DNA of 64,000 nt, from NCBI GenBank assembly GCA_963840765.1, contig CAWJAE010000010.1, forward strand, positions 25,540-89,539. Reading direction: 5' to 3'. The notes under the pieces are model-generated. The model made no database searches. It worked only from the letters and a program-made list of their open reading frames with translations, and had not been told where the DNA came from. Both the position numbers and the translations under genes were made by a program. Of the stretch, positions 42,332 through 54,155 are shown in pieces. Source of the DNA: an uncultured Alphaproteobacteria bacterium (GTDB lineage: Bacteria; Pseudomonadota; Alphaproteobacteria; Rhizobiales; Aestuariivirgaceae). Position 1 is the stretch's first letter; each line of letters opens with the position of its first letter.

Positions 42332-42898
42332 ATGATGCAGGGCTTATTGTCCCTCAGTCGTGGCATCGATGCCGTGACGGGGTTTATTGGTTTCCATGTG
42401 CGCTGGCTCATTTTAGGCGCTGTGCTGGTGAGCGCTGCCAATGCCTTTATTCGCAAGATTTTTGATTCAAGTTCCAACGCCTGGCTCGAAATGCAGACGC
42501 TGCTTTTCGGCATCGCCTTCATGTGTGCTGCGGCTTACGTGCTGCAGAAAAACGCCCACGTACGTATTGACGTGGTTTCCAGCCGTCTGAAAAAACGCAC
42601 GCGGGACTGGATTGATTTGTTCGGTCACCTGTTCATGCTCGCTCCCTTGTGCGTGATCATGGTGTGGTTATCAGGACCATTTTTCCTGGAAGCCTTTGTC
42701 AACGATGAAGCCTCCAGCAATGCAGGTGGCCTTCCCGTTTGGCCCTATAAATTATTTGTGCTCGTGGGCTTTGCGTTGCTGTTTGCGCAAATGGTTTCCG
42801 AGGTCATCAAACGCATTGGCGTGTTGCGCGGTGATTTGCATGAAGATGATGGCGACAGCGGCCATGTCGCCAAGTCGATGATTGAAGAGGCGAAGTGA
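42332..42898 (+). CDS. TRAP transporter small permease (DctQ)
   Basis: SSNAWLEMQ, AYVL..NAHVRIDV, SSNAGGL. Confidence 0.9.
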   Translation: MMQGLLSLSRGIDAVTGFIGFHVRWLILGAVLVSAANAFIRKIFDSSSNAWLEMQTLLFGIAFMCAAAYVLQKNAHVRIDVVSSRLKKRTRDWIDLFGHLFMLAPLCVIMVWLSGPFFLEAFVNDEASSNAGGLPVWPYKLFVLVGFALLFAQMVSEVIKRIGVLRGDLHEDDGDSGHVAKSMIEEAK

Positions 42899-44575
42899 TG
42901 CTTGGAACTCCTCGCCCAAAATCTTGCGCCGATCATGTTCTTGTCACTCGTGGCATTCCTGTTGTTGGGTTATCCAGTTGCATTTTCACTGGCTTCCAAC
43001 GGCTTGGCCTTTTTTGTACTGGCTACAATCCTTTCACCCTATTCCGACACCATCACCTTGGACTGGCCCTTGCTTGGCACCTTGCCGGGTCGCGTATTGG
43101 ATGTGATGCGCAATGACCAGCTTCTGGCCATTCCGTTTTTCACCTTTATGGGCATCATTCTTGAACGCTCTCGCATGGCGGAGGATTTGCTTGAAACAGT
43201 CGGACAATTGTTTGGCTCAGTGCGTGGCGGCTTGGCCTATGCCGTCATTTTTGTCGGCGCATTGTTGGCAGCAACAACCGGCGTGGTTGCGGCCTCCGTT
43301 ATGGCCATGGGTTTGATTTCACTGCCCATCATGCTGCGCTATGGCTATGATCGGTCTTTGGCCACGGGCGTCATCACGGCGTCAGGCACGTTGGCGCAGA
43401 TTATTCCTCCCTCACTGGTTTTGATCGTGTTGGCGGATCAACTGGGCACCTCGGTGGGTGATATGTACACTGCCGCCCTGTTGCCGGGTTTAATGCTGGT
43501 TGCACTTTATGCCATCTATGTTTTTGGCGTCACCATTTATCGGCCCGAAGCCGCGCCCGCCTTGCCGCCAGAAGCGCGCACACTGGGTAAAGGTGGCGGG
43601 CAATTGCTGTTGCTTATCCTCGCAGGCATCATCGTTGGTTTTGTGAGCTGGTATTTGCTGCAAGGCCAAGTCAATCGCGGGGAAATTGTTTGGGCGGCCA
43701 CCATCGCGGCCACGCTGGTTTATCTTTACACTTATCTTGATGAGCGGCTTGGCTACAACAAACTAAAGCGGCTGACACAACAAGTCATCTTCGTGTTGAT
43801 GCCCCCCCTCGCCTTGATCTTTCTCGTGCTCGGCACAATTTTCATCGGTCTTGCCACGCCAACAGAAGGCGGTGCCATGGGGGCCACGGGTGCCATGCTG
43901 CTGGCTTGGGCCAAGCGCCGCATGACGATAGCGTCGTTGAGCGACGCTCTGGATGCCACGACGAAACTGTCATGCTTTGTACTGTTCATTCTCGTTGGCA
44001 GCCGTGTTTTCTCTCTCACCTTTTATGGCGTTGAAGGCCACAAGTGGGTGGAGCATTTGTTCCTCAACCTGCCCGGTGGTGAATGGGGCTTCCTGATCGC
44101 CGTTAACGTGCTGGTGTTTGTGCTCGGCTGTTTCATCGACTTCTTTGAAATCGCATTCATCGTCATTCCGCTTTTGGCACCTGTGGCCAAGGCCTTGGGA
44201 ATTGATCTTGTGTGGTTCGGCATCATCATTGCCATGAACATGCAGACAAGTTTTTTAACGCCCCCCTTCGGCTTTGCCCTGTTCTACATGCGCTCGGTCG
44301 CACCCGTGAAAGACTATTTCGACAAGGTCACGGGCAAATCCATTGCCGGTGTTCCCACCACGCAAATTTACAAGGGAGCTGTCAATTTCATCATTCTGCA
44401 ATTGATCATGGTGGCCGTTGTCATGGCTTTCCCGCGTCTGGTGATTCCTGAAAAAGCGGCTGAGATTGATACCAAGAACATTCAAATTGAACTGCCGCCT
44501 TTAGGGGGTGAAGGCGGAGGTGATCTTGTCATTCCCGGTGCGCCGGACTTGAGCCAACCACCGAAGTTTGATTGA
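42898..44575 (+). CDS. TRAP transporter large permease (DctM); start ATG 42898 with an indel, or TTG 42902
   Basis: GYPVAFSL, LLAIPFFTFMG, SGTLAQIIPPSLVL, ATPTEGGAMG, QTSFLTPPFGFALFY. Confidence 0.92.
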
Positions 44576-44578
44576 CCA

Positions 44579-44609
44579 CAAAAAAGGCCCGCGCGATGCG
44601 GGCCTTTTC
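44579..44609. terminator. Bidirectional intrinsic terminator
   Basis: AAAAAAAGGCCCGCG-CGA-TGCGGGCCTTTT. Confidence 0.85.
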
Positions 44610-44629
44610 ATTTCGCGTGTGCGTATGAA

Positions 44630-46102
<1,473 letters not shown>

Positions 46103-46106
<4 letters not shown>

Positions 46107-46501
46107 TCCCCCAAGACCTGACTGGCAATGTTGATATATTTGCGACCGGCATCTTGTGCAGCGTTGGTGGCTTTGTGCAAGCTGCTGTCGGTGCGAATGC
46201 GCGCCAGCTTCACCAGCATGGGCAAGTTGAGGCCCGCTACCACTTCCACTTTTCCCTCTTGCAACAGTGAAATGGCAAGGTTTGACGGTGTGCCGCCAAA
46301 CATGTCCGTCAAAACGATAACGCCCAAGCCTGTTTCCACGCGGGCCACGGCGGCGGCAATGTCGTTGCGGCGCTGGTCCATGCGGTCATCCGGGCCAATG
46401 CAAATGGCTTCGATATGGGTTTGCTTTCCCACCACGTGCTCCAGCGCATGGATAAACTCTTCGGCCAAACGACCATGGGTGACGATCACCAAACCGATCA
46501 T
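46103..46501 (-). CDS. manX: PTS EIIA mannose-family component
   Basis: MIGLVIVTHGRLA, LTDMFGGTPSNLAIS, GLNLPML. Confidence 0.92.
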
Positions 46502-46607
46502 GCCAAACGCACTTTCAAAACCATTCGCCGCCCCTTGATTACCGATGCTTCGCCCACACCGGAGTGGGTGTTTACGCCGCTCCGCTGCTCTGAGCAAGCA
46601 TCGTTGA

Positions 46608-47084
46608 TCACGGATTTTGCTGTGCCAAATGGGCCAACGCCACCCGCACGCGGGATGCCGCAGACGGCAAATTTGCATCTATCGCCACACAAGGTAGCGT
46701 GACGCCCAGTATTTGCGTCTGCATATGATGGGGTTCAGGCAGTCGCGCAATCAGATCGACAGGTTTCAAATCAACCACCAGGCGCAATATTACGTCTTGC
46801 ACCCGATGCAGCCGCAAAATGCCAACGCCACGTACCTCTAAAAGCCCTGCCAAATTTTCAGGAGCCGTGGCAAACAGTCTTCCGGCTCTTTCCTTCAACA
46901 CGGTTTGATCATCGGCAACCAACGCCGCCATTTGCACGGTTTGCTGGAGGCCGGTGCCACAGCTTTCGAGCAGCTGCAACGCCAAGGAAGATTTGCCTGA
47001 TCCACTGGCACCACGGATCAAAATAGCTTCGCCATTCAAACTTACTGTAGTGGCGTGCAAACAGATTTGGCGATCTGCGTTCAT
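46608..47084 (-). CDS. hprK: Short HPr kinase/phosphorylase
   Basis: LHATTV, IRGASGSGKSSLAL, LVADDQ, GLLEVRGVGI. Confidence 0.9.
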   Translation of the reverse strand: MNADRQICLHATTVSLNGEAILIRGASGSGKSSLALQLLESCGTGLQQTVQMAALVADDQTVLKERAGRLFATAPENLAGLLEVRGVGILRLHRVQDVILRLVVDLKPVDLIARLPEPHHMQTQILGVTLPCVAIDANLPSAASRVRVALAHLAQQNP

Positions 47085-48880
47085 TGCGTTTGCGTTGTTC
47101 GAAGTGCAGGCAATTGCACGAGGAAGCGGGCACCCAGAACGGGGCGCTCGCCGTCAGCGTTGGCACGGCCCAGGCGGTTTTCAGCCCAGATACGACCTTT
47201 ATGTGCTTCCACGATCTGCCGTGAAATGGCAAGGCCAAGGCCCGAGTTATTGCCGAAACTCTGCTCTGGCCGATCGGTATAGAAGCGCTCGAACACCCGC
47301 TCCAGATTCTCCGGGCTAATACCTGGCCCGTTATCCTCAACGCGGGCTTCAATCACATTGCCAGCGCGGCGCAGGCGCACATGAACTTTCGAATTTGGTG
47401 CGGTGAAAGACCGCGCATTGTCGATGAGGTTACGAAACACTTGAGATAACCGCGAGTCTTGGCCGGCGACAGCATACGCAGCGTCGGCGGTCAGTCCCTT
47501 GTGGGGCGTTTGAATGTTCAACACGACCTCGGCCATGTTGGGCTTTGCCAACTCATTGGACATCGTGGTGATATTGCTCAACAGGTTTGCCAAATCCGTG
47601 GGCTTGCTCTCCGTGCGCGCAAGCTCAGCATCTAGCCGCGAGGCATCGGAAATATCGGTAATCAACCGGTCCATGCGCTTCACGTCTTGTTTGACGATCT
47701 CGATCAAGCGATCACGTTGTTCATCTTTCTTGACAAGCTGTAGCGTTTCAACGGCACTGCGCAGTGACGTCAATGGATTTTTCAATTCATGGGCCACATC
47801 TGCTGCAAAGGCTTCAATGGCGTCGATGCGATTATAGAGCGCGCCCGTCATGTCACGGAGCGAACTTGAAAGATGACCAATTTCATCGGTGCGGGTGGAA
47901 AAGTCTGGAATTTCGACACGCTTTGAAATGCCGCGCCGCACCTGTTGTGCCGCATCAGACAAGCGGCGAATGGGGCGGGCAATGGTGCTGGCCAACAAGG
48001 TGGACAACAACAACGTGACGAGTGACGCCAAACCAAACGTATAGAGTACCACCAGCCGTTCAGCCTTAATCACGTCATCAATTTCACCACCGCGGTTGGT
48101 CAGCACCAAAGCCCCCAGCACCGCGCGGTAACGCTGAACGGGTACTGATACCACCACGATGATCTCGCGATTTTCGTCAAGTTTCACTTGGCTTACGCTG
48201 GCACCGTTCAAGGCTGCCATTACTTCCGGATAGGACTTGTTGTTGTCGATGCCGAATTCGCGCCGCACCGGATAATCATAACCAAACAGATAAGTGATGA
48301 AGCGGTTCCAACGCCGTTCCAGCGGTGGCAGGTTGGTATCGGCGGGCGTATTGTCCACAGTCTCAATGATATCGCCACCATAAATAAAGCGACTATCGAC
48401 AACGAGGCTACCGTCTGCGTCGATGATTTGCGCACGGTTTCCGGTATTGGCCAACAGCCTACGCAGTACAGGGCCAGCTGTTTCGGGGTTAATTGGAAAA
48501 TCCAAGCCGTCGGGCTGGTCCGCGTCGCTGTTTCCATCCGTGCCTTCATCCAGCGAATTGGGATCTACTACAATTGAACCCGTATCCGCCGTCGCGGAAC
48601 CTGCGATGGCCGCTGCAATGATCTGCGCCTGCGTGCGTAGCGATTGCGCGCGCGCGTTGATCAGGCTTTCACGGAATTGGTTGAAATACAGAATGCCCAG
48701 CGCCAGCATGATCAATCCAAGTAGATTGATCAGGAATATCCGCGCAATCAAGCTGCCCGGCGCAAAGCGCGACCAGAATGCGCCCTTGGGTGCAGCCTTG
48801 GTCGCAAGACTATCCTGCAACTCTCCTTCATCACCTTCGGAGCGTTCGATCTGGTCTTGCGGTTTGGCTTGATCTTGCAT
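47081..48880 (-). CDS. chvG: ChvG/ExoS sensor histidine kinase
   Basis: LYFNQFRESLINARAQSL, LDFPINPE, VPVQRYRAVLGAL, FAADVAHELKNPLTSLRSAVET, FYTDRP..FGNNSGLGL. Confidence 0.93.
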   Translation of the reverse strand: MQDQAKPQDQIERSEGDEGELQDSLATKAAPKGAFWSRFAPGSLIARIFLINLLGLIMLALGILYFNQFRESLINARAQSLRTQAQIIAAAIAGSATADTGSIVVDPNSLDEGTDGNSDADQPDGLDFPINPETAGPVLRRLLANTGNRAQIIDADGSLVVDSRFIYGGDIIETVDNTPADTNLPPLERRWNRFITYLFGYDYPVRREFGIDNNKSYPEVMAALNGASVSQVKLDENREIIVVVSVPVQRYRAVLGALVLTNRGGEIDDVIKAERLVVLYTFGLASLVTLLLSTLLASTIARPIRRLSDAAQQVRRGISKRVEIPDFSTRTDEIGHLSSSLRDMTGALYNRIDAIEAFAADVAHELKNPLTSLRSAVETLQLVKKDEQRDRLIEIVKQDVKRMDRLITDISDASRLDAELARTESKPTDLANLLSNITTMSNELAKPNMAEVVLNIQTPHKGLTADAAYAVAGQDSRLSQVFRNLIDNARSFTAPNSKVHVRLRRAGNVIEARVEDNGPGISPENLERVFERFYTDRPEQSFGNNSGLGLAISRQIVEAHKGRIWAENRLGRANADGERPVLGARFLVQLPALRTTQTQ

Positions 48881-48919
48881 CAGGATGGAAAGTGCCGCGC
48901 AAATGGCGGCACTGCAAGA

Positions 48920-49618
48920 TTATTGTTCTTTGAAACGATAGCCTACACCATAGAGCGTTTCGATGCCATCGAAGGCCTCGTCAACTTGGTTGAACTTCTT
49001 GCGCAGACGTTTGATGTGGCTGTCTATGGTGCGGTCGTCGACATAGACCTGATCATCATAGGCTGCATCCATCAGCGCATCGCGGCTTTTCACAATGCCG
49101 GGGCGTTGGGCAAGTGATTGCAGGATGAGAAATTCAGTTACGGTCAATACAACGGGCCTGCCTTCCCATGTGCAGGAGTGGCGATCAGTGTCCATGGCAA
49201 GCTTGCCACGTTCGATCACTTTTGCGGCTTCTTGCGGCTGGGCTGAAGAATCGCGTGCTGCTGCACGGCGCAAAACAGCCTTTACCCGTTCCACCAACAA
49301 GCGTTGCGAAAATGGCTTCTTGATAAAATCATCGGCACCCATTTTGAGACCGAAAAGTTCATCAATCTCGTCGTCCTTCGACGTTAAGAAAATGACTGGC
49401 AGGTCGGTTTTCTGGCGGATGCGACGCAACAATTCCATGCCGTCCATGCGTGGCATCTTGATATCGAAGATGGCCATGTCTGGCGGGTTGTCTTGCAGAC
49501 CTTGCAACGCGGCGGCACCATCGTTGTATTTCTGAACGCTATAACCTTCGGCTTCCATGGCCATACCAACAGAAGTCAAAATGTTGCGGTCATCGTCCAC
49601 CAGTGCAATTGTTGGCAT
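48920..49618 (-). CDS. chvI: ChvI response regulator
   Basis: [56 protein letters not shown]. Confidence 0.96.
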   Translation of the reverse strand: MPTIALVDDDRNILTSVGMAMEAEGYSVQKYNDGAAALQGLQDNPPDMAIFDIKMPRMDGMELLRRIRQKTDLPVIFLTSKDDEIDELFGLKMGADDFIKKPFSQRLLVERVKAVLRRAAARDSSAQPQEAAKVIERGKLAMDTDRHSCTWEGRPVVLTVTEFLILQSLAQRPGIVKSRDALMDAAYDDQVYVDDRTIDSHIKRLRKKFNQVDEAFDGIETLYGVGYRFKEQ

Positions 49619-49722
49619 CTTTTTGTTCATTCCTGTGTTTATCCTTTAGCCGTGGTAGGTATGAAAGTGGAACAAATTGTGGCAAGGCTTATAGGAAATT
49701 TTCGTGTGAAAGGCGAGGCTTG

Positions 49723-50187
49723 ATGACGGACAGTCCAAAAACCGAGGCCATGCGCGCTTCTGCAGCCCTTTTGAAGTCCGGTGGAACAGGCGCTTTGTCG
49801 GTCATTGACGTTGTGGATGGGGGACCGTTCACAACACTCGTCAACATTGCCGCCGATGCGGACATGCGACCTTTGCTGTTGATTTCCAATCTGTCGCACC
49901 ACACCAAATGTTTGAAGGCCAACCCCATTGCCAGCGTCATGTTGCATGCGCCCATTACCGCTGAAGGCGACCCGATGTTGACCTTGCGTGTGACCGTTAG
50001 TGGCAGGTTTGCGTTGGTCGAAGCAACTGATGCGAAAGCGGCTTTTGTTGCCGTGCATCCCTATGCTGAAATGTATGCGTCATTCGGAGATTTCAACATT
50101 TGGCGCATGGAGGCTGAACACGCCCACATCATCGCCGGTTTTGGGCGGGCTTACTCTGTGAGATACAAAGACTTGGCGGCTTTCTAG
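49723..50187 (+). CDS. HugZ/pyridoxamine 5'-phosphate oxidase-like protein
   Basis: GPFTTLV, LLISNLSHHTK, GDPM, HPYAEMYASFGDF, IAGFGRA. Confidence 0.85.
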   Translation: MTDSPKTEAMRASAALLKSGGTGALSVIDVVDGGPFTTLVNIAADADMRPLLLISNLSHHTKCLKANPIASVMLHAPITAEGDPMLTLRVTVSGRFALVEATDAKAAFVAVHPYAEMYASFGDFNIWRMEAEHAHIIAGFGRAYSVRYKDLAAF

Positions 50188-50190
50188 ATT

Positions 50191-50802
50191 TTAAAGCGTA
50201 ATATCCGCTTGCGCACTGTTTCCGATGACTTCATCAGCATTCAACATGTCGTTCGAGGCAATCCAGTTTTTGGCATAGATTTCATCATGGCCGTGTTCGC
50301 GTATGCGTTTGGTTAGTCGACGCTCCAATTCGGCCTTCGGCACATCCAAAAACATCGACACATCAAAAAGTGGTTTCAAGGCGTTCCAAGGCTCACGCTG
50401 CAACAACAGGTATAGTCCTTCGACGATAATGAAACGCGTGGAGCGCTCAATCACATCAGCTCCGGCACGCGACATTTCCATGCTTCGGTCAAACACCGGA
50501 ATGGCAATATCAGGTTCGCGTGATTTGATGCGCGTGATGAGGCTCACAAAGCCAGGGGCATCAAACGTGAAATAGGCACCTTTCCGGGGGCGGTGGCCGC
50601 GCTTGTTCAAAACGACATCATCGAAATGAAAGCCATCCATTGGCACCACAATGGCGCTTTCGCCATTGGCCAATAGGCATTTGCACAAGTCATCAGCCAG
50701 CGTGGTTTTGCCTGAACCCGGTGCGCCTGCCAGACCGATGATAAAGCGTTTGGATTGTCCCGCCCTTGCAATCAAATCACGGGCGAGTGCATTGGTTTGC
50801 AC
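50191..50802 (-). CDS. frcK: P-loop kinase, FrcK-like
   Basis: GLAGAPGSGKTT, VPMDGFH, RKGA..TFD, PVFDRS, IVEGLYLLL; last gene of frc operon. Confidence 0.8.
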   Translation of the reverse strand: MQTNALARDLIARAGQSKRFIIGLAGAPGSGKTTLADDLCKCLLANGESAIVVPMDGFHFDDVVLNKRGHRPRKGAYFTFDAPGFVSLITRIKSREPDIAIPVFDRSMEMSRAGADVIERSTRFIIVEGLYLLLQREPWNALKPLFDVSMFLDVPKAELERRLTKRIREHGHDEIYAKNWIASNDMLNADEVIGNSAQADITL

Positions 50803-50803
50803 C

Positions 50804-51697
50804 TTAACCAACCAACTCCGGTGGTGGGGCTTTGGCACCGGTCATAAATGCCACAGCATCCGACATGGTAAAGTCTTTAGGGCTGATCGTGCACAGGCGT
50901 TTGCCAAGGCGGTGAATATGAATGCGATCTGCCACTTCAAACACATGGGGCATGTTGTGCGAAATCAATACGATGGGCAGGCCACGTTTTTTTACGTCCA
51001 AAATCAACTCCAACACACGGCGCGATTCTTTGACACCCAACGCGGCCGTAGGTTCATCCAAAATAACAATCTTGGAACCAAAGGCCGCGGCACGCGCCAC
51101 AGCCACACCTTGTCGTTGACCGCCTGAAAGCGTTTCAACGGGTTGCGAAATATTCTGAATTGTCATCAGGCCCAGTTCAGACAATTTATCGCGGGCGAAT
51201 TTTTCCATAGCTTTGCGGTCCAGTAGTTTGAACCATTTTCCCATGAAGCCCGCATCACGGATTTCGCGACCCATGAACATGTTGTCGGAAATTGAAAGTG
51301 CCGGCGAAAGTGCGAGGTTCTGATACACGGTTTCAATGCCGGCCTTGCGGGCATCCAACGGTGATCTGAAATGTAACAGCTCGCCATTCATCTTGATCTC
51401 GCCTTCATCAGGCGTTACAGCACCGCATATGGCCTTGATCAAGGTGGATTTGCCAGCGCCGTTATCGCCGATCACCGCCAGAATTTCATTGGGATAAAGA
51501 TCAAAATTGGCATGATCCAATGCCGTAACGCGGCCATAGCGTTTCACCAGATTGCGCGTCGTCAATAACGGCTCAATCTTGGGCGCAGCAACAGCGGCAG
51601 GTGCCTTGGCCACCACCATGGTTTCGCGGGCGGCGGGTTTTTTCACGGGTTTTGCTGCAACTTTCTTCACAGCTTTTTTGGCGATTGCTTTAGCCAT
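50804..51697 (-). CDS. frcA: Fructose ABC transporter ATPase
   Basis: LVKRYGRVTALD, GDNGAGKS, ETVYQNLALSPAL, LSGGQRQGVAVARAAAFGS, ISHNMPHVF. Confidence 0.88.
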   Translation of the reverse strand: MAKAIAKKAVKKVAAKPVKKPAARETMVVAKAPAAVAAPKIEPLLTTRNLVKRYGRVTALDHANFDLYPNEILAVIGDNGAGKSTLIKAICGAVTPDEGEIKMNGELLHFRSPLDARKAGIETVYQNLALSPALSISDNMFMGREIRDAGFMGKWFKLLDRKAMEKFARDKLSELGLMTIQNISQPVETLSGGQRQGVAVARAAAFGSKIVILDEPTAALGVKESRRVLELILDVKKRGLPIVLISHNMPHVFEVADRIHIHRLGKRLCTISPKDFTMSDAVAFMTGAKAPPPELVG

Positions 51698-51699
51698 GA

Positions 51700-52809
51700 T
51701 TATGCCGAAGCCTTTCTGATCCATTGATCAATTGCAACGGCGGCGATGATAAGAAAGCCCACCGTAAAATCCTGCCACAACACATCAACGCCTGAGAGCG
51801 ACAAGCCGTTGCGGAACACGCCCACGATGAGGGCACCCAGTACCGAGCCCACAATCGAGCCCCGCCCGCCGAACAGCGAGGTGCCGCCAATCACCACAGC
51901 GGTGATGCTGTCGAGGTTTGCGGTTTCACCGGCAAGTGGTGTTACCGTGCCGCCTACGCGGCCAATCAATACAAAGGCACCGAACGCCGCGATGACGCCA
52001 GCGACGGTATAAACCGAGCGCAACATCTTGTCGGTTTGAACACCGGCGAGAAGTGCGGACTCCGTGTTGTCGCCCACGGCATAAACGTGGCGGCCCCAAG
52101 CCGTACGGTTCAACAGATACCAAATCAAACACGCAAGCAGGATAAAGCAAACGCCACCAATTTTAAGTGTGGCACCTGCAAACAAGCTTTCCTTGTCCAC
52201 GACTTTGAACACATCCCAACCCATGAAAATGAGATTGGGTGCAATCTTTTCCGTGTCAACGGCGCGAATAGATTCTGATTTCGAGTACCAAATTTTTAAA
52301 GCGGAGAAGATGTAAAGCGTGCCCAGCGTCACGATGAATGGTGGCAATCTCAAGCGTGTCACAAAGATGCCGTTGAGATAACCCATGGCCGCGCCGGCAA
52401 ATCCACCAGCCAAAACAGCAACGGGAACCGGCAAGCCTGAATGCACCGCCAGCTTGCCCATGACGATGGATGACAGCACCATGATGGCCCCGATTGAGAG
52501 ATCGATACCGGCCGTCAGAATAATAATGGTTTGCGCAATAGCGATGATGCCGATCACCGTCACCTGCTGGAACACAATTGACAGGTTGTTGGCGGTGAAG
52601 AAGCGCCCGCCTGAAGTGAAACCAAATACAAAAATCGAGAGCAGCAAAACGAAAACGGGAATGGCGGTGTTGTAATTCTGCAGGAAGCTCCGCACCTTAT
52701 CCATCAGGGTGTCAGCTCGGGTTTCGAATTCGGCGACTTTGGTGTCGGCCTTGTTCAATGTGGCTTCAAAGTCTGAAATGACTTTTGTCGCTGATGCTGG
52801 ATCGCTCAT
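51700..52809 (-). CDS. frcC: Fructose ABC transporter permease
   Basis: IILTAGIDLS, LPPFIVTLGT, TAWGRHVYAVG, NLDSITAVVIGGTSLFGGRG. Confidence 0.88.
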   Translation of the reverse strand: MSDPASATKVISDFEATLNKADTKVAEFETRADTLMDKVRSFLQNYNTAIPVFVLLLSIFVFGFTSGGRFFTANNLSIVFQQVTVIGIIAIAQTIIILTAGIDLSIGAIMVLSSIVMGKLAVHSGLPVPVAVLAGGFAGAAMGYLNGIFVTRLRLPPFIVTLGTLYIFSALKIWYSKSESIRAVDTEKIAPNLIFMGWDVFKVVDKESLFAGATLKIGGVCFILLACLIWYLLNRTAWGRHVYAVGDNTESALLAGVQTDKMLRSVYTVAGVIAAFGAFVLIGRVGGTVTPLAGETANLDSITAVVIGGTSLFGGRGSIVGSVLGALIVGVFRNGLSLSGVDVLWQDFTVGFLIIAAVAIDQWIRKASA

Positions 52810-52845
52810 TGCCCGTCCCTTGCCCTAAATAGAATAGCGGTTTGT

Positions 52846-52890
52846 CCGCCCTTTACTTATTATAAAGGGCGACCATAACAGCCGCCCTTC
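52846..52890 (-). terminator. Intercistronic hairpin(s) after frcB
   Basis: Minus strand AAGGGCGGC-TGTTATG-GTCGCCCTTT, with an overlapping alternative stem to AAAGGGCGGAC. Confidence 0.55.
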
Positions 52891-52925
52891 ACAAATATCA
52901 ACTCAGAAAATCTGAGAGCTAATTA

Positions 52926-53942
52926 TTAGCCCCAGCAGATCTTTGAACCTTCAGCCGAAGTGATTGAAGGAACGCCTTCAACTGGCTTGTCGGTGATCAG
53001 CTGAACGCCGGTGTTGAAGTAGTTCAAACCGTCGGAGTTCGCTGGCTTGGTGCCGTCTTTTGCGAAAGCAGCAACGGCTTCTACGCCCTTGGATGCCATC
53101 AACAATGGGAACTGCATGGAGGTTGCACCGATGATGCCATCGGTTACAGACTTCACGCCTGGGCAGCCGCCGTCAACTGAAACGATGATGGCTTGCTTTT
53201 CCTTGCCTGCTGCTTTCATGCCTTGGAAGGCACCTTCAGCGGCTGGTTCGTTGATCGTGTAGATCACGTTCATGTCTGGGTTCTTGGCCAACAGGTTTTC
53301 TGCAGACTTCAAACCACCTTCTGGGTTTGCACCCGAAGATTCATGGCCGATCACGCGGGTGTCGGTTTCTGAACCCATAACCTTCAAATCAGGAACAGCA
53401 ATGCCGAAGCCTGTGAGGAATCCGGTGTCACGTGCAACGTCAACCGAGATGTTATCCTTGTTGATGTCGAGCATGCCGATTTTTGCATTGGCTACGCCAT
53501 CAGCGCCCAATGTTGCAGCAGCCCACTTGCCGATGAGCAAGCCAGCTTCGAAGTTGTCGGTTGCGAAGGTTGTGTCAGCAGCTTCAGCATCGCCAATTGG
53601 CGTGTCGAGAGCGATAACCAGCAAACCAGCAGCGCGAGCAGCCTTCAAAGCAGGAATAACTGAATCGTTTGAAGCGGTGATCAAAATACCCTTGTTGCCA
53701 CCGGCAACGCAGTTTTCAATCGCTTCGATTTGTGGTGCAGCGTCGCCGTCAACCTTGCCGGCTGCAGCGGTGAATTCAACGCCCAATTCCTTGGCCTTGG
53801 CTTCAGCACCTTCCTTCATCTTTACGAAGAAGGGGTTGGTGTTGTTCTTGGTGATCAGGCAAACACCGCCAGCAGCTTGAGCTGTTGAAGCAAGTGCGAA
53901 CATGCCAACGCCAACGAGAGCGGTTTTCAAAAGAGCTTTCAC
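52926..53942 (-). CDS. frcB: Fructose ABC transporter substrate-binding protein
   Basis: GTG start after GGAGG; CLITKNNTNPFFVKMKEGA, VIALDTP, FATDNF, YTINEPAA, VSVDGGCPGV. Confidence 0.88.
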   Translation of the reverse strand: MKALLKTALVGVGMFALASTAQAAGGVCLITKNNTNPFFVKMKEGAEAKAKELGVEFTAAAGKVDGDAAPQIEAIENCVAGGNKGILITASNDSVIPALKAARAAGLLVIALDTPIGDAEAADTTFATDNFEAGLLIGKWAAATLGADGVANAKIGMLDINKDNISVDVARDTGFLTGFGIAVPDLKVMGSETDTRVIGHESSGANPEGGLKSAENLLAKNPDMNVIYTINEPAAEGAFQGMKAAGKEKQAIIVSVDGGCPGVKSVTDGIIGATSMQFPLLMASKGVEAVAAFAKDGTKPANSDGLNYFNTGVQLITDKPVEGVPSITSAEGSKICWG

Positions 53943-54063
53943 GTAAGGTTCCTCCCATGGATAAACCCGGTAACGACCGGGTTCAAGAAAGCAGTTAATG
54001 CATAACAAGTTTCGGAATGAAATTTGAATGCTGATGGGATGATGAAACAAAATCCAGACAAGA

Positions 54064-54098
54064 GTCAATAAGTAAATCGGCAAGATTTATTAATTGAC
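54064..54098. promoter_or_regulatory. Probable FrcR operator (inverted repeat)
   Basis: GTCAATAAGTAAATC-N5-GATTTATTAATTGAC, 13/15 symmetric, between divergent frcB and the ROK regulator. Confidence 0.7.
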
Positions 54099-54155
54099 AG
54101 TTGCCGCGCCCCATCGCAGCTTAAGAATTGACCACTTGGGACAACGCGATCCGCC

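Noticed and set aside
46543-46603. SAH riboswitch (ahcY often follows npr)
   Set aside because: Lacks the GAGGAGCGCUGC/CAGGCUC core, and ahcY is not present
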